DNA of 64,000 bases from Actinokineospora sp. (GTDB lineage: Bacteria; Actinomycetota; Actinomycetes; Mycobacteriales; Pseudonocardiaceae), in the NCBI GenBank assembly GCA_052390155.1, contig JBQTHF010000034.1. One strand, given 5' to 3'. Shown piece by piece: positions 9,588 through 19,776 of the stretch. How positions within the stretch are numbered: position 1 is the stretch's first letter; the number at the start of each line of letters is the position of its first letter. The notes under the pieces were generated by a model, which was given only the letters and a program-made list of their open reading frames with translations, was not told the DNA's origin and did not search any database. The translations under genes and the position numbers were made by a program.

Positions 9588-10880
9588 CTAGGACGATCCT
9601 CCGAGAGTCGTGGCCTGGCGCAACCCGGCGCGCAGACCCAGCAGGACGATGAGCAGCGTCAGGGCGGGCCCGACGATCTGCGCGACGGCGGCCGCGAGTA
9701 CCGCGTCGAGGGGAATCAGCACGATCGCCAACGTCACGACCGACCCGATGGTCCACCCCAGGGTGACCACCTGGTCGCGGTGCAGCGCCACCAGCGCGGG
9801 CTGTACGGCGTAGGCCGCGACCAGCACCACCGTGCTGAACGCCAGCATCGCCATGGTCGACGTGTCCAGCTCGGCGGCGGTGTTCAGGAATGTCCGCAGC
9901 ACCCACGGCCCCAGCAGCACGAAGATCACCGCGCCGAGCATCCCCACCCCGGCTACCCCGGCCAGCGTCAGCCGGACCCGGCGCGCCACGACACCCATCT
10001 CCCCGCGCGTGACGGCCGCGGTGAGGCTGGGCAGCAGCATGGTCTGGATCGGGAAGAACAGCAGCAGCGGTATCCGGGCCACCACCGCCGCCTGCCCGAA
10101 CGCCAGCGCGACCGCGCTGTCCTCGGCCAGCCGCGAGGTGACCGCCAGCGGCGCGAGGTTGGGCAGCAACTGGGCGAACAGTGTCGCCGTCGCCAGTGCC
10201 GCGAGCCCCTTGCCGATGTGCGGCTGCTCGGCGGCCGCGGCCACCGGCTCGCTGGCAGGCGCTGTGGAACCCTTGCGCAGCAAGACAACCCCGACCAGCA
10301 TCGCGACGACCGAGCCCGCCAGGTACACCGCGCCGTAGGCCCACGCGGTCGACGCGCCCGCCACCGCCAGCGCCACGCAGAACACCAGCCGCGCGACCCC
10401 CTCGACCGCGAGCGTGACCGCGTAGCCGCCGAACCGTTGCAGGCCGCCGAGCATCCCGCGCACCAGGTGCACGCCCGCCCCGATCACGGGCGTGGCCAAG
10501 ACCTCGACGAACAGCACCCAGTCGCCGTGCAGCGTCGCGCCGACCAGGATCGGGCTGAGCAGCAGCAGGATGGCCATCACCGCCGCGACCAGCCACAGCC
10601 CGCCCCGGCGGGTCTGGGCGATCGCCGAGCCCAGCGGCCGCCCGGCGGCGACCGCGCCGCTGACCGACCGGCTCGTCACCTGCTCCAGCGCGTAGAAGAT
10701 GCCCGGGCCGACGACGTTGACCAGGAAGTAGAACGCGATGGCGAGGTTCGCCTCGGCGCTGGAGAGGGTGCGGCCGGTCAGCGCGACGAAGACGTAGCCC
10801 GCGATCCCGAACAGGATCAGCCCCGCCGCCATCTGGGCGGGCGGCCCGAAGACCCGCCGCAGCCGTGTCGAGGTCAGCAC
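9588..10880 (-). CDS. polytopic membrane protein, polysaccharide flippase-like (MOP/Wzx family)
   Basis: 430 aa and highly hydrophobic, with about 12-14 predicted helices. Composition and length resemble Wzx-type oligosaccharide flippases. It is in an operon with the epimerase. Confidence 0.5.
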   Translation of the reverse strand: MLTSTRLRRVFGPPAQMAAGLILFGIAGYVFVALTGRTLSSAEANLAIAFYFLVNVVGPGIFYALEQVTSRSVSGAVAAGRPLGSAIAQTRRGGLWLVAAVMAILLLLSPILVGATLHGDWVLFVEVLATPVIGAGVHLVRGMLGGLQRFGGYAVTLAVEGVARLVFCVALAVAGASTAWAYGAVYLAGSVVAMLVGVVLLRKGSTAPASEPVAAAAEQPHIGKGLAALATATLFAQLLPNLAPLAVTSRLAEDSAVALAFGQAAVVARIPLLLFFPIQTMLLPSLTAAVTRGEMGVVARRVRLTLAGVAGVGMLGAVIFVLLGPWVLRTFLNTAAELDTSTMAMLAFSTVVLVAAYAVQPALVALHRDQVVTLGWTIGSVVTLAIVLIPLDAVLAAAVAQIVGPALTLLIVLLGLRAGLRQATTLGGSS

Positions 10881-11148
10881 CCGGCCAACTGTAGCCGGCG
10901 CGGTCGTGCCGCCGGTGGCTGCGGTCGGCCGTGGCCAACCGGGTACCCTGGGTCGTCCCCGAGCCCGTGGAAGTTGGCGGGGACGGCCGTGCGCGACGAC
11001 GTCCGCATCCGGTCCTCGACCACGAGATGGCGCTCACGTTGCCTCTGGAGGACAACGAGGTATGGCAGGTAGCACTCGCACCACGAGTGGCACTCCGAAG
11101 ACCCGCAACCAGCCGAAGTCGGAGGGTCGGGTGGAGACTTCGCCCGCC

Positions 11149-12999
11149 ATGGACCCGACCGGCAGGATGGTGGCCCAGCGCGGCCTCTTCCGCGGGCCGG
11201 ACCCGGTGTGCCCGGACGAGCTGTACGCCACCATCGTGCGGGGCACCGCCGACCGCGAGCGGCAGCGGCTGGTCGTAGGCCCGCACTCGACGGTCAGCAC
11301 CGACACCTACTTCGGCCGGTTCCCCGCCGCCTACTGGCAGCGCTGGACCGTGGTGGACGAGGTCGCGGTCGAGCTGGTGCTGTCCGGCTCCGCGCGGCTC
11401 GCGCTGATCGCGTCCGACTTCAACGGCGAGACCCGGCCCGAAGCGGTCCGGGTTGTCGAGGACGCCCAGAGCCAGACCGTCCGGCTGACAGCCAAGCTCG
11501 ACAAGTTCTTCGACGGCGGCTCGCTCTGGCTCGACCTCACCACCGAGGGCACCGAGCTGGTCGTGGAGCAGTTGCGGTGGACGGTGCCTGCGCCCGAGCG
11601 CGTCCGCCAGACCTCGGTCGTCATCTGCACGTTCAACCGGGCCGACGACTGCGTCCGCACCCTCGGCGCGCTCGCCGCCGACCAGGACGCGCTCACCGTG
11701 CTGGAGACGGTGCACGTCGTGGACCAGGGCACCGACACGGTCGAGTCCCGCCCCGGCTTCCCGGACCTGGAGAAGGCGCTCGACGGCCGGTTGCGCTACC
11801 TGCGCCAGCCCAACCTCGGCGGCGCGGGCGGCTTCGGCCGCGGCATGTACGAGGTCGTCAAGGCCGGTGACGCCAACGTCCTGCTGATGGACGACGACGT
11901 GCTGTGCGAGCCCGAGATCGCCGTGCGGCTCAGCGCGTTCGCCAACCGCACCGGCAAGCCGACCCTGGTCGGCGGCCAGATGCTGCGGCTGCTGCACCCC
12001 ACCAAGCTCATCGCGGGCGCCGAGTACGCCGACTTCGCGCACCTGCAGCCGGGCGCGGTGGTCATGAACGCCCTGGACGACGTCGACCTGCTCGCCGAGG
12101 CTCTCGACGAGGACGGCGAGCCGACCGGCAAGCCCAACCGCGGCGACCGCAGGGTCGACGCCGACTACAACGCCTGGTGGTCGTGCCTGATCCCGAACGA
12201 GGTGGCCAGGGAGCTGGGCCTGCCGCTGCCGCTGTTCTTCCAGTGGGACGACGTCGAGTACGGCTACCGGGCGCGCGCCCGCGGCTACGCGACGGTCACG
12301 CTGCCCGGCGCCGGACTGTGGCACGCGGACTTCGACTGGAAGGACGCGGACAAGTGGAACGAGTACTTCGCGGTGCGCAACGCGATGATCGTCTCCGCCC
12401 TGCACTCCGCGTTCCCGCCCAAGCAGGTCGCCCGGGTGCTGGTGGCGCGGGTCGTGCGGGCGCTGCTGAGCATGCAGTACGGCCTGGCCGCGACGCTGAT
12501 CACGGGCGCTGAGGACTTCCTGGTCGGCCCGTCGGTCCTGGCCGACGGCGGCAAGCGGGCGGCGGCGGAGATCCGCCGGATCCGCGCCATGTACCCAGAC
12601 ACCGTGGCGCACCCGATCGCCGGGCTGGCCGACATCGGCCTCGACCACGTGCCGATGGTGCAGGCCGCGCCCGAGCCGAAGCTGCACCGGCTGGTGTTGC
12701 TCAAGCGGCTGCTGCACCTCTCGCTCGGCAAGGCGAACTACGACATCGGGGCCATCCCCGCCGACGACTCGTCCTGGTGGCACGTGTCGCAGTTCCAGCG
12801 GGCCGTCGTCACCGACGCCGCCCAGGACAGCGTCCGGGTCCGGGTGCGCGACCGGGCGATGATGGTCGAACTGGGCAAGCGGCTGGCGGTCGTTGCTCGC
12901 AGGCTGCTGGCCGAGGGGCCCCGCCTCCAGCAGGAGTACCGGGCGGCGGTCCCGGAGCTGATCAGCGAGGAAAACTGGAAGCGGCTCTACGGTCTGTAG
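11149..12999 (+). CDS. GlfT2-like galactofuranosyltransferase paralog (diverged copy)
   Basis: Collinear with the canonical GlfT2 downstream: FGRFPAAYWQRWT, VVICTFNR, LGGAGGFGRGMY, LLMDDDV, YNAWWSCLIP, PLPLFFQWDDVEYGYRA, TLPGAGLWHADF, YFAVRN. The start is ATG 11149 (MDPTGR...) or ATG 11062. Confidence 0.75.
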   Translation: MDPTGRMVAQRGLFRGPDPVCPDELYATIVRGTADRERQRLVVGPHSTVSTDTYFGRFPAAYWQRWTVVDEVAVELVLSGSARLALIASDFNGETRPEAVRVVEDAQSQTVRLTAKLDKFFDGGSLWLDLTTEGTELVVEQLRWTVPAPERVRQTSVVICTFNRADDCVRTLGALAADQDALTVLETVHVVDQGTDTVESRPGFPDLEKALDGRLRYLRQPNLGGAGGFGRGMYEVVKAGDANVLLMDDDVLCEPEIAVRLSAFANRTGKPTLVGGQMLRLLHPTKLIAGAEYADFAHLQPGAVVMNALDDVDLLAEALDEDGEPTGKPNRGDRRVDADYNAWWSCLIPNEVARELGLPLPLFFQWDDVEYGYRARARGYATVTLPGAGLWHADFDWKDADKWNEYFAVRNAMIVSALHSAFPPKQVARVLVARVVRALLSMQYGLAATLITGAEDFLVGPSVLADGGKRAAAEIRRIRAMYPDTVAHPIAGLADIGLDHVPMVQAAPEPKLHRLVLLKRLLHLSLGKANYDIGAIPADDSSWWHVSQFQRAVVTDAAQDSVRVRVRDRAMMVELGKRLAVVARRLLAEGPRLQQEYRAAVPELISEENWKRLYGL

Positions 13000-13047
13000 T
13001 GGCCGCCCGCGCGACCCGCGGGCGGGCTCGGGGGGCCGACGGAGTTA

Positions 13048-13070
13048 GCTCGGGAAGATCGTTCCCGAGT
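13048..13070 (+). terminator. small hairpin in the spacer between the two GlfT2 genes
   Basis: CTCGGGAA-GATCG-TTCCCGAG (8-bp stem). A second GC hairpin, GCCCGCG-CGACC-CGCGGGC, lies at about 13007-13025. There is no clear U-tract. Confidence 0.3.
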
Positions 13071-13107
13071 CGATCACGAGCCTGGACGGCTCGTTGGAGG
13101 GACAGAC

Positions 13108-15006
13108 GTGACCGAGCAGAGGGACCCGACCGGTCCTGCCGTCGATGTGCACCGGGTGTTGCAGCGCGTCATCCTGCCCAGGGATGCCGACCCGCTCGAC
13201 GTGCGACCGCTCTACCTCGACGAGCCGGAGAACGTGCACAGCCACGTCTCGTCCCGCCGGTCGGTGACCGTGCCGACCTCGGCCAAGGTGTCCTTCGCCG
13301 CCTACTTCAACGCCTTTCCGGCGAGCTACTGGAAGCGCTGGACCACGGTCGAGCGCGTCGTGCTGCGGATCAACGTGCGCGGCGGCGGCCGGATCGACGT
13401 CTACCGGTCCAAGCCGAACGGCGACCAGATCCACCTGCAGGGTGCCCCGGTCCGCACGGGCGACGACTGGGACACCGTCGAGTTCACGATCAGCCTCGCG
13501 CCGTTCGAGGACGGCGGCTGGATCTGGTTCGACGTGTTCACCGACGACTCCACCCTGGAGGTCGCCGACGCCGCGTGGCTGTCCGAGACGCCCCTGCCGC
13601 CGCAGCAGCTGGCCATCGGCACCACGACCTTCAACCGTGTCGACGACTGCGTGTCCTCGCTGCTCGCGCTGAGCGAGGACCCGGCCGTGCTCGCCGTGAT
13701 CAGCCGCGTCTACGTGGCCGACCAGGGCTCGCAGAAGATCAGCGGCCACCCGCGCTACGCCGAGGCGGCCGAGCGGCTCGGCGACCGGCTGCAGGTCATC
13801 GAGCAGGACAACCTCGGCGGCTCGGGCGGGTTCACCCGGGCGCTGTACGAGTCGATCGAGCACACCGACGTCGACCAGGTGCTGCTGCTCGACGACGACA
13901 TCGCGCTGGAGCCGGACAGCATCCTGCGGGCCAACGCGTTCGCGCGCGCGTCGGCCAAGCCGGTCGTCGTCGGCGGCCACATGCTCAACCTGCAGGCCAA
14001 GTCCCGGCTGCACAGCATGGGCGAGATAGTCGACCTCAGCGCGTGCGTGTGGCGCGCCGCGCCCGACGCCGTGGTCGACCACGACTTCGGCGCCAAGTCG
14101 CTGCGCGAGACCAAGCAGGCGCACCGGCGCATCAACGCCACCTACAACGGCTGGTGGATGTGCCTGTTCCCGCGCGCGGTCGTGGAGAAGTGCGGGCTGC
14201 CGCTGCCGCTGTTCATCAAGTGGGACGACGCCGAGTACTCGCTGCGCGCCCTGGCCAACGGCTTCCCGACCGTCACCCTGCCCGGTGCCGCGGTGTGGCA
14301 CATGCCGTGGACGGACAAGAACGACACCACCGACTGGACTGTCTACTTCCACCAGCGCAACCGGCTGATCATGGCGGCGCTGCACAGCCCGTACGACGTC
14401 CGCAAGACGCTGCTGCTGCAGGGCCTGCGGACCTCCGTGCGCAGGCTGCTGTCCATGGAGTACTCGACCGTCGCGATCGAGCAGAAGGCCATCGAGGACT
14501 TCCTGGCAGGCCCCGGCAGGCTGTTCGAGCTGCTGCGCACCGGCTTGCCGGAGGTGCAGCAGGTGCGCAAGAAGTACACCGACGCGCAGGTCCTGCCCTC
14601 GGCCCAGGAGTTCCCGCCGCCGACCTTCGACATGGTCAAGGCCGAGCAGATGCTGCGCCCGCCCGTGCACCCGGTGAAGATCGCCGCCCGGGCCTCGCAG
14701 GCGCTCGTGCACAACCTGCGCGCGCCCGCGCAGGCCGCGGGGGAGCGCCCGCAGGTCAACATCCCGGCGGGCAGCGCGCTGTGGTTCCTGCTGGGCAACC
14801 TGGACAGCGCGACGGTGTCCAACGCCGACGGCAGCGGTGTGGCCTTCCGCAGGCGCGACCCGAAGGTCTTCCGCGAGCTGTCGGCGCGGGCCATGCAGAA
14901 CTACCGCAAGCTGGTCCGCGAGTGGCCCCAGTTGCGCGAGGAGTACCGGGCCGCGCTACCGGAGCTGACCTCGGTCGAGTCGTGGCGCAAGGTCTTCGAG
15001 AACTGA
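13108..15006 (+). CDS. glfT2: bifunctional UDP-galactofuranosyltransferase GlfT2
   Basis: 632 aa with GGAGGGA before GTG 13108. There are long stretches that I recall as near-identical to M. tuberculosis Rv3808c: SFAAYFNAFPASYWKRWT, FEDGGWIWFD, NLGGSGGF, YNGWWMCLFPR, PLPLFIKWDDAEY, TLPGAAVWHM, YFHQRNRL, EYSTVAIEQKAIEDFLAGP. Confidence 0.92.
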   Translation: MTEQRDPTGPAVDVHRVLQRVILPRDADPLDVRPLYLDEPENVHSHVSSRRSVTVPTSAKVSFAAYFNAFPASYWKRWTTVERVVLRINVRGGGRIDVYRSKPNGDQIHLQGAPVRTGDDWDTVEFTISLAPFEDGGWIWFDVFTDDSTLEVADAAWLSETPLPPQQLAIGTTTFNRVDDCVSSLLALSEDPAVLAVISRVYVADQGSQKISGHPRYAEAAERLGDRLQVIEQDNLGGSGGFTRALYESIEHTDVDQVLLLDDDIALEPDSILRANAFARASAKPVVVGGHMLNLQAKSRLHSMGEIVDLSACVWRAAPDAVVDHDFGAKSLRETKQAHRRINATYNGWWMCLFPRAVVEKCGLPLPLFIKWDDAEYSLRALANGFPTVTLPGAAVWHMPWTDKNDTTDWTVYFHQRNRLIMAALHSPYDVRKTLLLQGLRTSVRRLLSMEYSTVAIEQKAIEDFLAGPGRLFELLRTGLPEVQQVRKKYTDAQVLPSAQEFPPPTFDMVKAEQMLRPPVHPVKIAARASQALVHNLRAPAQAAGERPQVNIPAGSALWFLLGNLDSATVSNADGSGVAFRRRDPKVFRELSARAMQNYRKLVREWPQLREEYRAALPELTSVESWRKVFEN

Positions 15007-15013
15007 CCCGGAC

Positions 15014-15060
15014 AACACACTGGGCCCGTCCCCTTCGCGGGGGGACGGGCCCAGTGTGTT
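15014..15060. terminator. bidirectional terminator hairpin between glfT2 and cspA
   Basis: AACACACTGGGCCCGTCCCC-TTCGCGG-GGGGACGGGCCCAGTGTGTT, a stem of about 20 bp between the convergent stops at 15006 and 15073. Confidence 0.8.
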
Positions 15061-15072
15061 ACTTATCGCAGA

Positions 15073-15276
15073 TCAGACGGCCTTGACGCCGGTGGCCTGC
15101 GGGCCTTTCTGGCCCTGGCCGATCTCGAACTCCACGCGCTGGTTCTCGTCCAGGCTCTTGAAGCCCGAGCCCTGGATCTCCGAGTAGTGCACGAAGACGT
15201 CGGCGCCGCCGTCGTCCGGCTGGATGAAGCCGAAGCCCTTCTCGGAGTTGAACCACTTCACTGTGCCCTGTGCCAC
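15073..15276 (-). CDS. cspA: cold-shock protein (CspA family)
   Basis: 67 aa, [34 protein letters not shown], with the RNP1/RNP2 motifs. Confidence 0.97.
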   Translation of the reverse strand: MAQGTVKWFNSEKGFGFIQPDDGGADVFVHYSEIQGSGFKSLDENQRVEFEIGQGQKGPQATGVKAV

Positions 15277-15473
15277 GTCTATCTCCTCAACAGGTACCGA
15301 TTAACGAACGTGCGCGGGTGCACACGCGTGGTCGGTTTCAGACGGCGACTTCTCCGGCTTGACCTGGAGGAAAACCGCGCGCCCGCAACGATCTCTTGCG
15401 AGCGTGATCTAACACGTACTCAAGAAAATTTACGACCGTTGACAGTCAACCACACACTGGTTCCCTCGCGCAC

Positions 15474-15911
15474 GTGCCAACTGTGGCGGGTCGGGAGGCC
15501 CGCCACACCGGGTCGGGGGTTGCGGTGGTCCACCGGCTGGGAGACGCTTTCGGAGTGAGCGAGCTCGCCAGTGACCAGCCCGAGTCCATCGCACTGCACC
15601 TCGACGAAGCCGGAGTCTCCGTCGACCTGCCCCGTCCGGCCAATGATCGCGACCAAGTCCAAGGTGTGCCCTACCGCCCGGTCGAGTTCCGCGACGACGA
15701 TCTGCCCGCCGCTCTGGAGCGGGCCGCGTCCTGGCTGCGCAGCACGCAGGAATGGCTCGGAGAACCCGTGGACGTCATCGCCATCCATCTCGACTACGAC
15801 GACGGCGACGGCGCGCCGTACTACGACGTCAAGCTGCTGTGCAACGAGGAAGACCTCGCGGGCGCCCCGATCGCGATGCGCGAGCACGCCTCGAAGGCTG
15901 TGAGCGGCTAG
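15474..15911 (+). CDS. hypothetical protein (start uncertain)
   Basis: ORF with GC3-rich codon usage in its 3' two thirds. Its stop overlaps the start of the acyltransferase gene. No recognisable domain. GTG 15556 is an alternative start. Confidence 0.4.
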   Translation: MPTVAGREARHTGSGVAVVHRLGDAFGVSELASDQPESIALHLDEAGVSVDLPRPANDRDQVQGVPYRPVEFRDDDLPAALERAASWLRSTQEWLGEPVDVIAIHLDYDDGDGAPYYDVKLLCNEEDLAGAPIAMREHASKAVSG

Positions 15912-16648
15912 TGGCCGAGCTCGTCTACCCGCCGGTCGTGCTGGCGGCGAAAACCCTCTTCCGGGTGATGGACTACCAGATCGACGTGCAGGGCGGCGAG
16001 CACATCCCGGCGACCGGCGGCGCGGTCATCGCCTGCAACCACGTCAGCTACCTGGACTTCATCTTCGCGGGCTTCGGCGCCCAGCCCGCCAAGCGGCTGG
16101 TGCGGTTCATGGCCAAGCGGGAGATCTTCGGCAACCGGATCGCGGGCCCGCTGATGCGCGGCATGCGGCACATCTCGGTCGACCGCGGCGCGGGCCAGGC
16201 GTCTTATCAGGAGGCTGTCGACAAGCTGCGCGCAGGCGAGGTCGTCGGGGTGTTCCCGGAGGCCACCATCAGCCGCTCGTTCACCGTCAAGGAGATCAAG
16301 ACGGGCGCGGTGCGGATGGCCGCGGAGGCGGGCGTGCCGGTGGTGCCGATGGCGCTGTGGGGCACGCAGCGGCTGTGGACCAAGGGCCGCGAGAAGGACC
16401 TCAAGCGGCGGCACATCCCGATCACCATCCTCGCGGGCGAACCGTTCACGGTCGGGCCGGACGACGACCTGGACGAGGTCACCCGCGACCTGCGCACCCG
16501 GATGATCGCGCTGGTGGACCGGGTGCAGAAGGACTACCCGGACGCGCCTGCGGGCGCGGACGACTCCTGGTGGATGCCCACCCACCTGGGCGGCACCGCG
16601 CCGACGCCGGAGGAAGCCGCGGCCATGGACCAGCGTCGACCGGAGTAG
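15911..16648 (+). CDS. 1-acyl-sn-glycerol-3-phosphate acyltransferase family (PlsC-like)
   Basis: NHVSYLDF (HX4D motif), FPEATISR and PVVPMALWG. About 245 aa starting from GTG 15911. Confidence 0.85.
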   Translation: MAELVYPPVVLAAKTLFRVMDYQIDVQGGEHIPATGGAVIACNHVSYLDFIFAGFGAQPAKRLVRFMAKREIFGNRIAGPLMRGMRHISVDRGAGQASYQEAVDKLRAGEVVGVFPEATISRSFTVKEIKTGAVRMAAEAGVPVVPMALWGTQRLWTKGREKDLKRRHIPITILAGEPFTVGPDDDLDEVTRDLRTRMIALVDRVQKDYPDAPAGADDSWWMPTHLGGTAPTPEEAAAMDQRRPE

Positions 16649-16667
16649 CCCGGCCGGGTCAGTACAG

Positions 16668-18776
16668 CTAGTCGTCGAGGCCCATCGCGGCGGCGATCAT
16701 CGGGCCCAGGCTGCGGCTGAACTCCAGGTTCAGGTGGTTGGCGTCGTAGTAGACGACGACGTTGCCGACCACGCTGTAGCACCGCCGCGCGTCGCAGAAG
16801 TAGTCGGTGAGGTCGACGTAGCGGACGTTCGGGTCCTCGACCGCGGCGGTGGCCTCGGCCAGCGGGTCCGGCGGCTGCGCCGTGGCCCGGTCGACCGCGC
16901 AGGCCCGCGGGTCCTGCGGCGTCAGGGCCACGCAGTCCACCGGGCGCACCTCGCCGTTGAGCGGCGGGTCGCCGAGCACGAAGACCCGGGCGCCCGCGTC
17001 GGTCAGCGTCCGCCAGTACGGCGTCATGCCGTCGCGGTACTGCTCGGCCTGCGAGCGGCCGGTGTTGTCGTCGGCCCGCTCCTGGCGGGCGTAGAACGAC
17101 ATGAACACCGACGCCGGGCGTTCGGCGGCGATCGCCTCGACCATGTCCGCGGTCCACGTCGTGCACCGCCGGGCATCGGCCGCCGAGTTCGCGCCGAGGA
17201 AGCCGCGGAACTCGATCTTCGCGAACGGGCAGCCGCCGAGGTAGCTGAGGTTGAGCACCCAGCGGTGCCTGCGCGCCAGGTCCAGCAGCGGCCCCTGCCA
17301 CTGCTGCGCGTGCGAGTCGCCGACCAGCCAGACGACGTCGGCGGCCGGGTCGCCGCCGCTGAAGTCGCACACCTTGGTCGTCTTCCGATCGCCCGCCAGG
17401 TAGCGGTCCAGCTCCGGCCCGCACTCGGGCGCGCCGTTGAAGTACTCGTTCGCGGGCCCCATGTGGACGACCTTGGCCGGGCCGTACGGGTCGCCGCAGT
17501 CGTTGGCGGGCGCCAGCGCGGCGGCGCCGTAGCAGGGGTTGACCGCCGCCACCCGGGTGTCGGCGGCGGCTTGGGCGACGTGCCGGTCGTAGGTCCACAG
17601 CAAGCCGCCCGCCGCCAGCGCGATCGCGACCATGCCCGCGACCATGGCGGCGAACGTGGCCCTCGTGCTGTTCGCCAGCGGCGGCCAGGACATCCCGCGG
17701 TCCTCGACCAGCACCTTCGACAGGTGCGCCAGCACGATCGCCACGACCAGGACGCCGAGCCGCTGGGCCAGGGTCAGCCTGCCCTCGTCCAGCGCGTCCG
17801 CCAGGGCGAAGGGCGCCAGCACGATCAGTGGCCAGTGCCACAGGTACAGCGAGTAGCTGATGTTGCCGAGGAACTGCACCGGGGACGCCGAGGTGAACCG
17901 GGTGTGCCACAGCCGGTCCGGCCGCACGCCCGCGGCGATGACCAGCCCGGTCCCGACAGCCGGGAGCAGCGCCGCGTAGCCGGGGAACGCGGTGTGGTGG
18001 TCGAACAGGAAGGCCGACCCGAGGATCATCGCCAGCCCGGCGAACGACGCGAGGTCGGCCGCGATCCGGGGCAGGGCGAGCCGCAGCCCGCCGAACGCGA
18101 TCAGCGCGCCGATCGCGAACTCCCACACCCGGACCGGCGTGATGAAGTACGCCTGGCTCCGCGCGACCTCGGTGAAGTACACGCTGAACGCCAGCGAGGC
18201 CAGCCCGACGACCGCGATCCCGATGATCTGCGCCTGCCGCCGCCGGATCAGGAACAGCAGCAGCAACAGCAGCGGCCAGCACAGGTAGAACTGCTCCTCG
18301 ACCGACAGCGACCAGTAGTGCTGCGCCACGCTCGCGGACGCGGTGAGCGCCGAGTAGTCCACCGAGTTGATCGCCAGCAGCCAGTTCTCCCAGTACAGCG
18401 CGCTCGCCAGCACCTCGTCGGCGGTGGCCGCCCAGCGTGGGAACGGCAGCAGGAAGTACGCGGCCACCAGGCTGGCCGCCAGCACCAGGAACGCCGCGGG
18501 CAGCAGCCGCCGGACGCGCCGGGCGTAGAACCGGCCCAGCCGGATGCGGCCGGTCCGGGTGACCTCGCGGTCGAGGTGCGAGCTGATGAGGAAACCGGAG
18601 ACGACGAAGAACACGTCGACGCCTATGTAGCCGCCGGTGAGGGCCTGGGGCCACAGGTGGTTGACCACGACCGCCATCACCGCGATGGCGCGCAGGGCCT
18701 GGATATCAGCCCGATACCCCTTGGGGGTGATCTTGCCGGGATCGTTCGGGGCGGGCTCGGGGTTGCCGCGACCCAC
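16668..18776 (-). CDS. acyltransferase-3 family membrane protein with C-terminal SGNH domain (OafA/YrhL-like)
   Basis: DIQALRAIAVMAVVVNHL...GYIGVDVFFVVSGFLIS, then about 10 TM helices and a soluble C-domain (VVWLVGDSHAQQW). The start is GTG 18776 or TTG 18794. Confidence 0.85.
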   Translation of the reverse strand: MGRGNPEPAPNDPGKITPKGYRADIQALRAIAVMAVVVNHLWPQALTGGYIGVDVFFVVSGFLISSHLDREVTRTGRIRLGRFYARRVRRLLPAAFLVLAASLVAAYFLLPFPRWAATADEVLASALYWENWLLAINSVDYSALTASASVAQHYWSLSVEEQFYLCWPLLLLLLFLIRRRQAQIIGIAVVGLASLAFSVYFTEVARSQAYFITPVRVWEFAIGALIAFGGLRLALPRIAADLASFAGLAMILGSAFLFDHHTAFPGYAALLPAVGTGLVIAAGVRPDRLWHTRFTSASPVQFLGNISYSLYLWHWPLIVLAPFALADALDEGRLTLAQRLGVLVVAIVLAHLSKVLVEDRGMSWPPLANSTRATFAAMVAGMVAIALAAGGLLWTYDRHVAQAAADTRVAAVNPCYGAAALAPANDCGDPYGPAKVVHMGPANEYFNGAPECGPELDRYLAGDRKTTKVCDFSGGDPAADVVWLVGDSHAQQWQGPLLDLARRHRWVLNLSYLGGCPFAKIEFRGFLGANSAADARRCTTWTADMVEAIAAERPASVFMSFYARQERADDNTGRSQAEQYRDGMTPYWRTLTDAGARVFVLGDPPLNGEVRPVDCVALTPQDPRACAVDRATAQPPDPLAEATAAVEDPNVRYVDLTDYFCDARRCYSVVGNVVVYYDANHLNLEFSRSLGPMIAAAMGLDD

Positions 18777-18891
18777 CTGTGTAGCCGTCTCCAAGTACCG
18801 TCCACCCCTACACAGCGTCCGTGGCCATCCCGTGCGGTCGAGAAGTGTACGAGACGCGCGCCGTCCGACCTGCACTAACGCGCGATCCGGG

Positions 18892-19701
18892 TCAGAACCA
18901 GCGCTCCAGCACCATCGCCACACCGTCCTGTGAGTTCGGCGCGGTCACCTCGTCGGCCGCCGCCAGCACCTCCGCGTGCGCGTTCGCCATCGCCACCCCG
19001 TGCCCGGCCCAGCGCAGCATCTCGATGTCGTTGGGCATGTCGCCGAACGCGACGATCGCGTCCCGCGCCACCCCGACCAGTTCGGCCACCTCCGCGAGGC
19101 CGCGCGCCTTGGTCACCCCCGGCGCGGAGATCTCGATCAGCCCGCGGTTGGTCGAGAAGGTGACGTCGACCGCGTCGCCGAGCAGTTCGGTCGCCGCCAG
19201 CGACATCTCCTCGCTGGTCATCTTCTCGTGCCGGACGAGCAGCTTGGTCGCGGTGTGGCCGAGCACCTCGGCGCGTGGCCGCACGTTGCTCTCCGCGTCG
19301 CCCCACGGGTTGCGGTAGCCGGGCTCGGTGGCGAACGGGGCGCCGGCGGAGTCGGGGCCGGGTTCGGCGCGCTCGGTCGCCACCTTGATGCCGGGCAGCA
19401 CCCTGGCCAGCGCGTGCACGACGTCGTGCAGCACGAGCGCGTCGAGGCCGTGCACGGACAGCACCCGGGCTGCCGCGATGTCGTAGACGATGGCGCCGTT
19501 GGCGCAGACCGCGTAGCCGTCGAGGCCAGCCATGTCCGCCACGGGCGGAATCCACCGCGGCGGACGGCCGCTGACCAGCACGAACGGTGTGTCCGCCGCG
19601 ATCACCCTGCGGATCATGGCCGCTGTGCGCACGGTGATCTGCTCGAACGGGTCGAGCAGGGTGCCGTCGATGTCGGACGCGATCAGCCGGGGTTTCTGCA
19701 C
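18892..19701 (-). CDS. HAD-superfamily hydrolase (Cof-type phosphatase)
   Basis: LIASDIDGTLL (motif I), VSGRP, GDMPNDIEML (motif IV). GTG 19701 sits behind GGGAGGA. Only the last 269 codons of the 1286-aa track ORF are credible. Confidence 0.85.
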   Translation of the reverse strand: MQKPRLIASDIDGTLLDPFEQITVRTAAMIRRVIAADTPFVLVSGRPPRWIPPVADMAGLDGYAVCANGAIVYDIAAARVLSVHGLDALVLHDVVHALARVLPGIKVATERAEPGPDSAGAPFATEPGYRNPWGDAESNVRPRAEVLGHTATKLLVRHEKMTSEEMSLAATELLGDAVDVTFSTNRGLIEISAPGVTKARGLAEVAELVGVARDAIVAFGDMPNDIEMLRWAGHGVAMANAHAEVLAAADEVTAPNSQDGVAMVLERWF

Positions 19702-19776
19702 CTCTGCATCCTCCCTGACGCGAGATGCGCGCGAAGGGTGTTCCCCGTTACCGTACGGCCGATTCGAGGGGGAGAA

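Noticed and set aside
15438-15450. 13-bp palindrome GTTGACAGTCAAC upstream of cspA, considered as an operator
   Set aside because: It is a short single occurrence and overlaps a TTGAC -35-like hexamer, so it may be only a promoter element. There is not enough evidence to annotate it.
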